From Microbotryum violaceum (taxonomy: Eukaryota): a DNA stretch of 64,000 nt. A program made the translations under genes and the position numbers. Below are positions 12,824 through 24,763 of the stretch, piece after piece (position 1 is the stretch's first letter; each line of letters starts with the position of its first letter). Where the stretch lies: assembly GCA_001244265.2 (NCBI GenBank), contig CDLV01000006.1, positions 1,550,001 through 1,614,000 on the forward strand. The letters are read 5' to 3'. The notes under the pieces were generated by a model that worked only from the letters and a program-made list of their open reading frames with translations, was not told the origin of the DNA and did no database searches.

Positions 12824-15750
12824 GGTTACGAAGCCTCAACGAGATACGCCCTTCATTCATCCAGGCCAGGATGACACTTCCTGATGCAGCCGCCAAATTG
12901 TTCGACACGACAGTCACACGTCTCCGCAGTCGTCCCCTCGACGAGGAACATCATCTCGACGGCGCGGGCGGTTGGACCTCCTGGCTCAGTCGCATACGTG
13001 GCCGTCTCGGTAAAGACATCTGGGACTGCACCCTCGCTATCCCCATCAAAGAACCAGGTCCACATGTCAACCTCTCTCTGGCAAATGAGGAGGTCACGAA
13101 GCTCATCCTTCGTTCCATCAAAGCCAAGTACAACTCGATGCTCATCACGACCGCGTATGATCTCACGCCCGCCGAGCTCCCAAAAGCCTCGAAGAAAAGA
13201 ACTAGTCGGTTCAGCGACTCTCAAGGACATCTCTATTCGTCTACAGTTGCTTTTCGACGTTGGTGTTCCTCCTACCTCAGAAGCAGCGTTCGCAATATAT
13301 ATAGGCCAAGTGACTCGGCTTTACGAGGAGCTCTCATCCTTCAAGCTTTCGTTCGCAGACGTCGTCTCGTGTCGGCTACTTCACTTTCTCAAGGGGCCCT
13401 TTCCGTCGTACTACGTTCACGCTATGGACATGCAGGTCGACTCTATCCCAAACCCTCGTGACATTCTCAGTGGATGTCATGCGCTCACCGGCTCCGAAAC
13501 CTTGCCCGGTGCCGAGGCAAAGTCTCGGCCTCGCCGACCCCGTCACCCCTGTCGGCACTGCAAGGGTGATCACTGGAATCACGACTGTCCAAAGCGCCCA
13601 AAGGGTGTCTCCTCGGCAAAAGTCGCGCTCGAGGTCGCGCCCAGGCCCACACCCGACGCCTCGGACTTGCTTGGTGAAGACGTTCAAACGTTGTTCACTT
13701 CTAGGCACTCAAAGCTCGGCGGGGTCTCCCTCATCGTCCTCGATAGCGGCGCTACGCATCACGTTGTTAACACTCGGTCAGCTTTCATCGCGTTCGTCCC
13801 ATGCACTTCGGAATCTCGCTGCATCGAGGGGGTTGGCACCGCAGTTATGCGTGCGTTCGACGGCACCGTTTGTCATCTCAACGCGATCTACGTCCCGGGA
13901 GCCCCAGTCAGCCTGTTCTCCGTCAGTCGAGCGGACAAGGCGGGCTATTCGATCGTCTTTGGCGCCGGGAAGTGCTCGATCACTCGCCACGGAGTAGTGT
14001 GTCACACTGGCGCCTTCATCAACAAATTATACTGCCTCAATGCATCCTTGGTCGATGCACGTCCATCTACTCTATCCGGTCCGTCCGTGCTTGCAGTTTT
14101 TCCGCTGTGATCCCAGCATCCGTCATGTCTGGTCGTTTTGCTCACGTCAACTTTCGCTATCTCCAACAGCTTGTGAAAAGTGGCTCGGGTCGTTGGTTGC
14201 GAGATAGCTGTAGCTGGTAACAACGATTGGGAATGTGTCGAATGCCTTGCAGCAAATATTACCCACACCACGGTGGAGCCTTCCCCAAAGAAGTCATTTT
14301 CTGGCGCGCAGCACCTCTCGGAGCGCGTTCACGTGGACCTGCTGGCGTTCGACGGTCATCTCTCTTTCCGGAGGAGATCGCTATGCCCTCATCATCGTCG
14401 ACGATCGTTCTCGGTAGTCGTGGGCCATACCCGGATCGCTCCTCACTCAGATGCGTTCCGAGCTTTCCAAGAATGGCTAGTGCAGGCGGAGCGGGCAATC
14501 GTCGCAACCTTCTGACCGTGTGATCCGGCAATGGCGATGAATTCATCTCGAAAGAGGCCTCAAAGTTTCCGGCTGCAAAAGGCATTGCTCGCGAGCTCTC
14601 GATTACCAACACTCAGCGCAACAAAATGGAGTCGCTGAGCGCGTGGATTGGTCCATCACTGAAGGTGCCATTCGAGCGTTGCTTCACTCGTCGCCGCGGA
14701 GTCGTCGGGTCTTCCACATTACCTTTGGGGCCAAGCGGTTGCGGATTTGGCCTACAACAGGGACCCAATACTTCATGCCGCCCTACAACACGGTTTACCT
14801 TACACCCTCTGGTACGGAAGGAAACTGTCGGTCTCGCGGTGGCATTTACGGCTGTACGGCTGTCGTGCGTGGAAGCTTGCTACCACCGAGGCCCCAAGCT
14901 CGACTGAAATGCGCGGTCTACCTTTCATCTTCGTTGGCTACGATACGGACTTAAAAGCATATCGTTTGTACAATCCTACTACAAGGACAGTCACGAGGAT
15001 GGGCTGAGTGTGATCTTCGTCGAGTCGGAAATTACTGCTCGACTTGCGAAGATACCGGATGGTGCGCTGGCACCAGCGTCTTCCGGCGATGAGGAGCTTG
15101 TTCTCGTCGTGGTCTTTATCGCCCACGCTTCTGGAACCCTATGAAATCAAGCGTGTTGGCGAAGCCGAATGGGTTCTTTGAGTGCCAGTCGCCCGCCACA
15201 CTGACGGTAGCGGCACGCTGCTGCAGCGACACGATTTGCGTAACGTGCTCGCTCGCTTTGGTAAGGTCGGATCGCGATCCGGTCGAAACGCCCATGCCGG
15301 CGAATCTTCAGCTCACTCGCGCCACACCGGTCACCGGATCCCAAGGACAACACGAAGTATCGATCCACCATTGGTTCGCTAATCTACGCTGTCATACTCT
15401 GCTCTATGATTCCCCTCCCCGAAGAGCAGAGCATACATCTTTGGTCCTTTTCAGCCCTTTCACCTCATTATCACTTCCTCAGTTACCTCCTAGACAGGAC
15501 TGCCGCGGTCATCCGTGCCTGCTGGGTCGCACGTGAATACTACGTCCACACCAAAGTAGTTCCTTTCATCTCTCGTGTTGCAACGTTGTTTTCCCCAGGT
15601 TCCAGGGCTTGTACCGAAGATGAACGGATGGCGACTCGCTCGTCCTCCCTCCTCCATCTTGCCACCGCAACGGAAGCCATGAATGTCTCCAGGTTGATCG
15701 AAGCGTTGAGGGAGTCTGTACACGTGAGCAATGATGATCTGTGTCTTATT
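12476..15750 (+). mobile_element. Degenerate Ty1/copia LTR retrotransposon remnant
   Basis: Domains in copia order, spread over several frames: Gag knuckle CRHCKGDHWNHDC, protease LDSGATHH, pre-integrase RFAHVNF, integrase fragments ERVHVDL / YALIIVDDRSR / SGNGDEF, LYGCRAW and FIFVGYDTDLKAYRLYNP, and a late-RT fragment PVETPM. Many stops and frameshifts. The right boundary is approximate. Confidence 0.88.
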
Positions 15751-16027
15751 TATGGTCAGACTTCTCGTTCTCGCTTCAACCAATGATTTTTCATGATCGA
15801 GTTACCCTTTTTTCAACCCCTTCGCCCCTCGGACCCCTGGATGTGTCGAGGCCGTCACATTCCTCCCTCGAGGACGACCGGGACCGATCCCAGAAAGAGC
15901 TCGCTTCATCAAATGCAAAAGCATGAGCAACATTGCCAAGAGAAGTTACAAAACAAAAAAAACAAAACTGTCGCTGAGGTGTTTACACGATACAGTATTG
16001 AATTAACGCCAACAAGGTTTCTCTCCC

Positions 16028-16044
16028 TCATCCGAAACGCCACC

Positions 16045-16075
<31 letters not shown>

Positions 16076-18976
16076 CTTCTGATCCTCCACCTCTCCCGTT
16101 GAGATTGTCGATGTAGATACCTGAGGAATAATCAAAGTCTCTTCTTCATCCGTCGCGCCCATCCCAGAGGGCATCGTAGCACTCGTCATCGTCGTCGTCG
16201 TCGGTGATGCCATCCCCGCCCCACTGCCTACTCGATGCCAAGCCTGAGCCGCCACGGCCGCCGTTGCGAATGAAGAATGTCGATGATGCTGATGATAAGC
16301 CGAATGTGCATCCTCGAAGTTGCCACACCTGCCGACGTAGAGATTACCCGAAAGACTCATCGCCCTCTCCGACCGCGTCATCGTCGTACCAGCGTTCGAA
16401 GAATTGGTTGCTCGTCTTCTTGGACTGTTGGGGGTCGAGGAGGATGAGCGTCCATTCGTGGTAGGTGTTGATTGGCCATCGATCCCCGGTTCTGCTGTAG
16501 CGTTCGATTGTTCTCCTCCTTGCCGATTGCTCTCTCGCTTCTTGAAAGGCGTGGTAGGTAACGAAGTCTTCCTCCGATGCGCATAAAGACCTCCCCCCCC
16601 ACTCCCCCCCAGATGAACGGATTGCGAGGCCCTCCTCGTCGCTGGCCTCAAATCGAACCCGGGAGAAGCCGCTCCTAAACCGATTGTCAAACCCCTCGGT
16701 ATCCATTCGACGGGTAAAGCCAATGGCGAAGGAATGGCATCTTCATCAAGATCGAGGAAATCGTCTTCGGTTTCCGAATCTGCGTCGTCGTCCTCGTCCA
16801 CCTCGACCTCGTCATCGTCCACTAGTCTTCCTTCCTCCAAATCTGAATGATAGCACCCTGGCTCGTCCAAGAAAAGCGGCTGATACGGATTCCCCATCCC
16901 CTCCTCTTCCTCCTCCTGCCCCTCATCCTCAGACCGAATGGAAACGATCCAAACGCCCCCCAACAATATCGCGGTTCCCAAAGCGACGAGACCGAATTGA
17001 AGTGAGGTGAGTTGGTCCCATTGGTCGTAGTAGATGAGACCGGTTATGATGGAGGAGAGGTTGTAGAAACAGAAGGCGAGGGGGCAGATGAGGGTCGGAC
17101 CGACGAGGCGGAGGGCGCGGTTGAGGTAGAAGAGCTGGCGGCGGGAAGATTATTCGTGTTAGTTTGGATGCGACATGGCTAGCGACGGAGAGTACTCGGT
17201 CATACCTGACAGACAGCGGCGACAGCCAGAATTGCGACAATGGCCCAAGCCTCGAAATGACCAAACTGGAACGAGCAAAAAACCATCAGTCCACAAATCC
17301 CCCCGATGCGCCCGCAGCAAATTATTTGCCAACTCACCTGATTTTGCCTCACGACAATGGTCTGAATCAACAACTCGATCCCGGTCTTGGCGAACAACAA
17401 ACACAACCCACTCAACGTCCCCGACGCCGCACCATACGCGACACCCAAGATCAAGCGACTCTTTTCGATCGCTGCTTCGACGTCCGCGAGGCAAGCCGCG
17501 TCCTTGAAGTCCAGTTCGGGTGGTGTGATCGTCACGGTAGGTCCGGGGATCCTCCGCCTTGAGAAAATGGGTTCGGTGTTCCCCTGATCGTGTTGAACGC
17601 CAGGTGATCGGAGATCCTCATCGTCGAGCGCACTCCCATCCAAAACGATTCGATGCACCTCTTCCGCATCCGTTCGACCGACCGTCCGATCCTTGAACGT
17701 CACATTTCTCAAATCCAACCTCATACGTCCACTGCCCAGACCACCAGACGAATCGTTCAAACTGCCTACCGAGCCGTGCAACTGCCTAGCCGAACCCTTC
17801 CTTGCGAATGCATCCGACCTTCTCGGACTGCCCTCCAACGAGGCTCTACGTGTGAACCTTCTCAGTTCAGAACTAGTCCTTATACTCTTGGGCGTTAGAG
17901 GAGGTGCATCAGGGTACTTGGAAGCGATGCGACGTTCCAAAGCCCATTCGGCGAGGTGGGCCAAGGTGAGGGTCGAGACGAGAGCGATGGAGAGGAGTGT
18001 GGCCCAGACGAGGAAAGGGGTGCGAGTGTAGAGCGCGACGAGTTCGGGGAGCGTGTGGGTTTGCTCGGGCACGACTGGAGCGAAGGAAGGGAGGTTCGGG
18101 TTCGGGATGAGGGTCAGTGATCGGAGGAAAGAAGCGAAGAATTGTTCCTTGCAAGGGAAGAAAACGCAGACCGACCTCCAAAAATGGCGATGAGACATGC
18201 CCCGCCAGCGATGAGGATGATGCCCGCGACGATATGGATCGAGAACGAGTCTGCTAGGATGAATCTCGCAAAAAAGGCGTTCCACAGTAGCGAGACGGCT
18301 CCGAGAGGCCCGAGGACGATGATGGGTAAGGCGCCGAGTTGAAAGATCTGGGCACGAAGAGAGCAAAGAGGTTCAGCTCTTCTTGCAAACGCACACGAAG
18401 ACCAAAATTACGAGCTTACGGTCCCGAACAAGTTGGAGGTCAAAAAGATGAGGAATCCGAGCAACCACAAAGGACGCTTGGCATCGCGCGTTCGTTTGTG
18501 GGGTGGCAAAGCCTCGTTCGCGAGATGAGATTTCCTTTGGATGGTCAGACCTGTGACGGTGAAGACAATGATGATTAGCGTGCACGTTGGGGTGTGATGG
18601 GGTGATGGGGTGGTGCGGTTCGTGGGGCGTGGTGGTCAAATCGAGTTCTAGGGGCCTTGTTTCAGGTGCGGTCTCATCGCAGGGGTTCGATCGGACAAAC
18701 TTGCTAGCGGCTTCCCGGTGGCCGCGGGAGGAAATGACACACACGAATCGTACCTAGGCTCTGGATGAACGAGGCCAACAGTCCGACGACGATCTGGCAG
18801 ATGCGATGCCGGAAGAGGAAGAGCAGATGAGCAAGTGACGTCATTTGGCGGTGGACTGATCTGATCGATTGACTGACCCCGACGGCGACACTGATCTGAG
18901 GCGAAGTGGACGGCGTCGAGCGCGCTACTGAGACTATCGGAGGTGGCCAGAGTTCATCTTGACCCAAGATCCACAT
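16028..18976 (-). CDS. NIPA-family (DMT superfamily) magnesium transporter-like membrane protein, 7 exons
   Basis: Spliced IVVGLLASFIQSLGLTIQRKSH, RPLWLLGFLIF, LPIIVLGPLGAVSLLWNAFFA, YGAASGTLSGLCLLFAKTGIEL and LFYLNRALRLVGPTLICPLAFCFYN match fungal NIPA proteins. Long disordered C-tail ending in K11-WWRFG. Confidence 0.88.
16046..16078. repeat. (CTT)11 microsatellite encoding poly-Lys on the minus strand
   Basis: Direct reading; in frame with the NIPA C-terminus. Confidence 0.9.
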
Positions 18977-19206
18977 TGGATCCAAAGTCGAGAGTTTTGG
19001 CGTCGGGAGAGCCAGGACGGGTACGGGGGGGGGGGGGACAACCACAGGCAGTACTAGAGAGTGTGCAGTGAGCAGTGTGAGTGTTGAGAGAGTGTGGGCG
19101 TGCGTTGAGCGCCTGAATTCGTTGTGGGTATTAGTCGCGGCCTAATCCTGAATTGGCTGGGCCCAAACCGCTTCCGGGCCGACCCAGGCGCGCTCAGTCG
19201 ACGCCT

Positions 19207-19246
19207 GGCTGCTTGGCTGCTTGGCTGCTTGGCTGCTTGGCTGCTT
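19207..19246. repeat. (GGCTGCTT)x5 tandem repeat in the divergent NIPA/LSM4 promoter
   Basis: Five perfect 8-bp units read directly. Confidence 0.9.
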
Positions 19247-19298
19247 GTGATTTGTCCCCTGCTCAAGCCGATCCCGTCCCGACTCTCATCACCTCGAC

Positions 19299-19816
19299 AT
19301 GGTCAGTCACTATCGCCCCACAACTACGGGTCGGCTCACTCACCGCAGCCATCCACTCCCTCCCCCGCACAGTTGCCTCTAGCGCTCCTGCACGCCGCGC
19401 AGGCCAAACCGATGGTCGGTCCCATTCCCCATTCCCCATTCCCCATTCTCCATTCCCACCACTCATCTCCTGCACGATCCTTTCTCGAAAGCCGATCACC
19501 CCAACTTACTTGTCCTTCCCCCCACAGCTCGTCGAACTCAAGAACGGCGAGACCTTCAACGGTCACTTGGCAGGCTGCGACAATTTCATGAACCTGACCC
19601 TCAAAGAGGTCTACCAAACTTCGGCCGTAAGTCCCACCGCTCCTCCATCCTGTCCTGTCCTGCCTACCTAACAAACTTGGCGCGCGCACGTCTCACTAAT
19701 ACACCTTTTTTTTTGTTTTGAGACGTCTTCTTAGGACGGAGAACAGTTTTGGAAATTACCGCAATGCTACATCCGAGGTAACAACGTCAGTGTTCAATTT
19801 CATTCAAACAAAAAAA

Positions 19817-19852
<36 letters not shown>

Positions 19853-20410
19853 ATCTCTTCGGAAACCCCACTCGGCATTCGAATCGCCTGACGCGTTTTT
19901 GCTTCACTTGGGCCACCACAGATCAAATACATCCGAGTAGCAGAGAACGTACGTCCCCTCAAAGCCCACACACCAGAGGAATACAGCAGCACAAATCACC
20001 CTCCGAAAGCTCACGACCCTTAACCCACCCTCCTCTCTGTTCCTTCAGTTGATCGACCAAGTCAAAGAACAAGAACAAGAACAACGACAACGTGGCAACA
20101 ACTCGACACATTCTGGAGGAAGAGCGGCTGGCGATCGAGGTGGTAGAGGCGGTGGTGGTGGCGGAGGTGGTGGCGGTGGTGATCGGGGTTCAAGAGGGGG
20201 GTTCGGTGCAAGAGGTGGTCAGTTCTTTCCTTTCTGATTTCTGTGGAGCGAAAACACTCATTTCGTTTGGGCTTACGTTGTCCAGGTCGGGGTGGTGGAC
20301 CCCCTGGGAGAGGAGGCGCAGGGGGAGGACGAGGCGGTGGACCGATGGGTGCTCACTCCGATCGAGGGAGGGGCGCACCGAGAAGTCGAGGCGGGCTACA
20401 GGCTCACTAA
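19299..20410 (+). CDS. LSM4: U6 snRNA-associated Sm-like protein Lsm4, 7 exons
   Basis: [81 protein letters not shown]..., followed by an RGG-rich tail; TAA at 20408-20410. Confidence 0.96.
19806..19851. repeat. Poly-A tract inside LSM4 intron 4
   Basis: A-rich run with about 34 uninterrupted A (19818-19851). Confidence 0.9.
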
Positions 20411-20599
20411 AAAAAACAAAGCCTTGGCCGACATTACACACCAAGCATACACTACCCGACCATTTCTCCCTTGTAATAAACACACACTCCAACAGCACCA
20501 AGAATTGATCGATACGGGACCATCGTCGCTTGACGGAGGGGAATCTCTGAACAAGCCCTCACAATACAGACAAGAAAAAAAAAGCACACCACACACCAG

Positions 20600-20703
<104 letters not shown>

Positions 20704-21244
20704 TAAACGAGAGGAGAGAAAAAAAGCAAACAATGAAAAGTCAACACACGACACCAGTACTTCCCTCGCCTTCCAACTTTCAAACCTCATCATCGCTATT
20801 CCGCCCCCTTTGAACCTTCCTTCCTCTTCCCCTCCAGCACGAAACAACATGCGCACGAAAAACGAAACCGAAACTGATACGAGAGGAAGCCCCGGGGATG
20901 AAAGAGAACAAAGATAAAGACACGATAAACGAAGCGAGAGAGGGAGGGAGAGAACGATGATAGACAAGGGGGAATGGGAAATGAAGGAGTGGAGTAGAAC
21001 GAACCGAGTCGAGGGTGGGCCACGACCGGGTTGGAATGAGAAGAGCGACATTCGAGATGTCGAGGGAGGTGGAAGGTTGGAAGGAGGGTAGAACTTAAAA
21101 GCACTGACGAGGGAAAGAGCAACAGTCGTAAAAGTGAGGGTCATTACGCGAAAAGGGAGGTCAAGGATGCGAGTTGCGAGCCGACGGCGTTGAGATCAAT
21201 GCCGGGGCGAGGACGGGCGATAGAGGACGGGCGAGCGAACCGGT

Positions 21245-23190
21245 TTACAAGATCCCTGAGTCTCGAAGAGCATTTTGAAGAATTGTCTCCTTGACAGCAG
21301 CGAATACCAGCCGGATCTGAGCAGTTCTCGGAAGACGGTAATTCAGCATTCATCTCTCGTATCGGGCCAAGCCTCATCATACTCGACGACCAAAGCGCAC
21401 TCACGTTCGAGGTATCGGTCGCTTGGGTCAAATGCGGGTAGATTGACAACCGTGCCCGGTTGAGTTGCGTGAAACGCCATAGGATGTACTTGGCTCCCTT
21501 GTTGACGTCGGCTCCGCCCGTGTACTCGGGGAAGTACTTTTCGAGCGGGATCTTGGGCACCTTGGCCTTGAAAAGATCGATCTGTCAAGGGCAAGGCGCC
21601 AAGGCAAGATATGAGTCAGTGCTAAGACATGTTTCTCACCCCTAGGCACCCAACTGACCTTGTTTAGGAACAAGATGATACTCGTCCTCAAGAACCACCT
21701 CGAGTTGATCACGCTCTCGAACAAGACCAGACTCTCATTCATCCTATTCTGCCCGTTCTCCTCCAAAAGCACCTGGTCGTACTCGCTCAGCGCGACACAG
21801 AAGATGATCGACGTGACAGCTTCAAAGCAATGAATCCACTTTTTGCGCTCGGACCGTTGCCCACCGACGTCGAACATGTGGATTGAGAGTTGACCAGACT
21901 TGAACTTGGTCTCGCTGATACCGGTCGTCTTTGTTCGCGCGTGCAGCACGTCGGACTCGTTGGGGACGTAGCCCACCGTGCCTATCCGCTTGATCTCGTC
22001 AAAAAAGCTGTTCACACATATGGCTTTGAGATTAGTGAACGATCCGAAAAGCCGTGCCCCTGGCCGCAGCGTCACTCACTAAGGCGCCGAATCCATGAGG
22101 TAGAACTCGCTCGATCGATCCAACACGCTCGGGATGATGGGGTCGTGCCACAGGCTATCGATCGCATGTACAATCTCGGGATCCAACCCTCCCCCCGGTG
22201 CAGCTCCTGGCTGGGCGAGGCTCAGTCCGGGCGAGGCCGAGAACGAGTCGCCCTCGAGACGGAACTCGGAGATCAATTCGGCGTATTCCTGCCAGTGCGA
22301 ACAGCAGTTAGTGATGAGCAATACCATTCTTATTTCACATTCCGACATCACCTTCCGATCACATTCCGTCGACTGACCCTGTTCTCTGATTCTGTGGGTT
22401 CCAACTTGAACCGTCGTAATGCGAGTACGAGCGTCTGGGCCGAATCAATCACATCTGTCGTCAAGGAAGGGGCGGAGTGGGACACGAGGTTCAGCTTCAC
22501 TTGGCTTCAGTCAGTTCTTCCATCCAACATGAGGTATGGTGGGAGAGCCAACTGCGGACACCATCGCGCTTCGCCCAGCGCTGCCTCCCCACCACCGAGC
22601 TAACGGAACGGGCGCAGGAGACAGGCCGAGAATGAGTGGAGGTGAGACTGACTCTTGTAGACAGTCATCCGGAACAACAGCATCTCGTCCCTCGAGTACC
22701 CGTTCTGATGGATGATCTTCATCTGTTTGACGATGGTCGATTTCCCTGATTCCCCGGATCCTATTTGAGGGGAGGGACAACATGGATGCGACGGGTGACT
22801 CAGAATCAGCGGGATGTCCGAACCTGGAGAGCGAGGGCGAGAGCGGGTGGGGAGGGTGGAGAGAGGGGTAATCCCGGGGGTCGATCGCTCGTGCCGCACA
22901 CCACAACATCCCGTTCAATCACTTGCTGAGGTAGTAATATGCAGAGCACTTGCTCGAGCACAACAATGCAGTGGAACAAATGACATGCTATGTACGGCGA
23001 GCGACCGCGGAAGTAGGGTTCGAAAGCAGGGGTGGCGCAGACGACCAAGCTGACCCAACAACAGAATCTTGCACTCCCGCCTCAGCCGTTTAGCATCGTC
23101 GTCGAGCTGCTTGTCGATCGCGTAGGAGCGGTCCTTGGACTCCTTGGGCACGGCCCCCATCGTCGCTGGAGTGGAAGAACTGCACCCCAT
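21245..23190 (-). CDS. Heterotrimeric G-protein alpha subunit, fungal class III (cAMP-pathway type), 7 exons
   Basis: MGC myristoylation/palmitoylation start, [58 protein letters not shown] and a C-terminus [15 protein letters not shown] typical of class III. Confidence 0.96.
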
Positions 23191-24763
23191 CGTTTCGGTT
23201 GATGGTGAGACGGCGGAGTTGTGGGTGGTGGGCGTGGGGTCAGGCCGACGGCGGCAGGAAAGGCGCTGCGGGAGGTGGACAAGTCAGAAAGTGGCTGGAG
23301 GGGGGCCGCTAAGCCGGGCCGACCGGACGCGTACGCGGCGCGAGAACTCGCTGCTAATAGAGCGAACTTGGGCTCGGTGTGGCAATGGACTCGGACTCGG
23401 AGCTGGTGGTGGGGTCGAGCAGTGAAGGGAGGAAGATCGCAGCTGTATACGATGCGACGGAGTCCTCTATATCGACGAGCTGTTGAACGGTCTGTGGGAC
23501 TGGTCTCGCCCGCCTCGGTTCCGTAGCGGCTTGGACTGAACAGGCTCAAAGCTCGCAAGACGATCGAGGCGATCGAGAAGTTCTGAAGCGGTCGCACTCG
23601 GATTCAAGTACTGTCGGAGCCGGAGACGGTCGTCAGGCTCGGGGAAGATTGGAAGTGCTTCGGTCGACGTCGAGGGCGGGGTGCAACGATGTATCCGATT
23701 TCCTGAACTTTGCAAGGGTCAGCCGAACCCCCAAGGTTCAACGTAATGCCAATATGCGACTAGTCTAGATCAGCGAGGAAATCGACGCTTAAAGCAGCTC
23801 AAAGCCAGTCCGAAGCCGACAAGCTCCCTCGCGCTCCAACGCGATCGAGACCCAAATGAGGCGTCGCGCGGCGGGCCGCCGGACCCGCCCTCGGGAGTTG
23901 AGGTTGTAAAACTTTGTCCACGGCAAACTCACCCTGAAAGTTAGCTTCATCTTTACTTGACCACTTCCTGCCGAGCGAACCCAGGGCCCGAACTACTTGG
24001 CTCCGATGACTCGGAGTCGATTACGCAATCATACCACTGGCAGGAGGAGCTGGGTGCTGAGTTGGGAGGAGGGAAAGACTTATGTGAGCCCGAAATAATG
24101 TGGGCATCAGTCCTGATCCCAGTACGGTAACGACACCGTATACTCTGGTATATGATATGGTGGTCCAGCGGGTCTTTGAACAACACTAGCTTCAAATCAT
24201 CGAAACTCAGAACTGAGCCTCGAGCGCATGTTCGGGTTCACTTGCTTTCTGGCCAAATCAATGGGATTTGCTTTCAGCCTTGTCTAGTATGTATTGTAGA
24301 TAATGTTTGCAGTCATCACGTTGGTACACTGGTCGGAAAGGCGTTCTAAAGAGGGTGAGAAGGAAACAACGAGTTATACTACGTAGGAGAAAGTTGAAAA
24401 GCTAAGACGAGTGGGAAAAAGGCAAAGCAATAAATAACACAAGCGGGTTGGGAAACAAACGGGGCAAATTAGATTCTCTTTCTTGAACGAGGAATCCTGA
24501 AAGGGGAGATTGGTCATGCAACGTCTGATCGGGCCCAAGAAACGAGAACCTGAAGGCGAGCCATGCGAGGGGAACACGTGAAGACGTTCGAGTGGGTGGA
24601 GGAGGGAGAGCGTGCTACAGTGAATGAAACGGGAGGCGCGCTCTGGGACAACGATCGATCGTCTATAAAAAAAGTCTTGCAGATGCGAGCGGTCGCTAAG
24701 GGTGACCGAGATTACGAAAGGGAAAGCCGGCGGAGAAAACATATAGTTCGACGTCGGTGCGGG

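Noticed and set aside
21920..21960. [11 protein letters not shown] instead of DVLRAR in G-alpha switch I
   Set aside because: The catalytic Arg and Thr are retained and the rest of the GTPase motifs are canonical.
23953..24350. Short ORFs in the G-alpha/GT49 intergenic region
   Set aside because: No recognisable motif or convincing splice structure.
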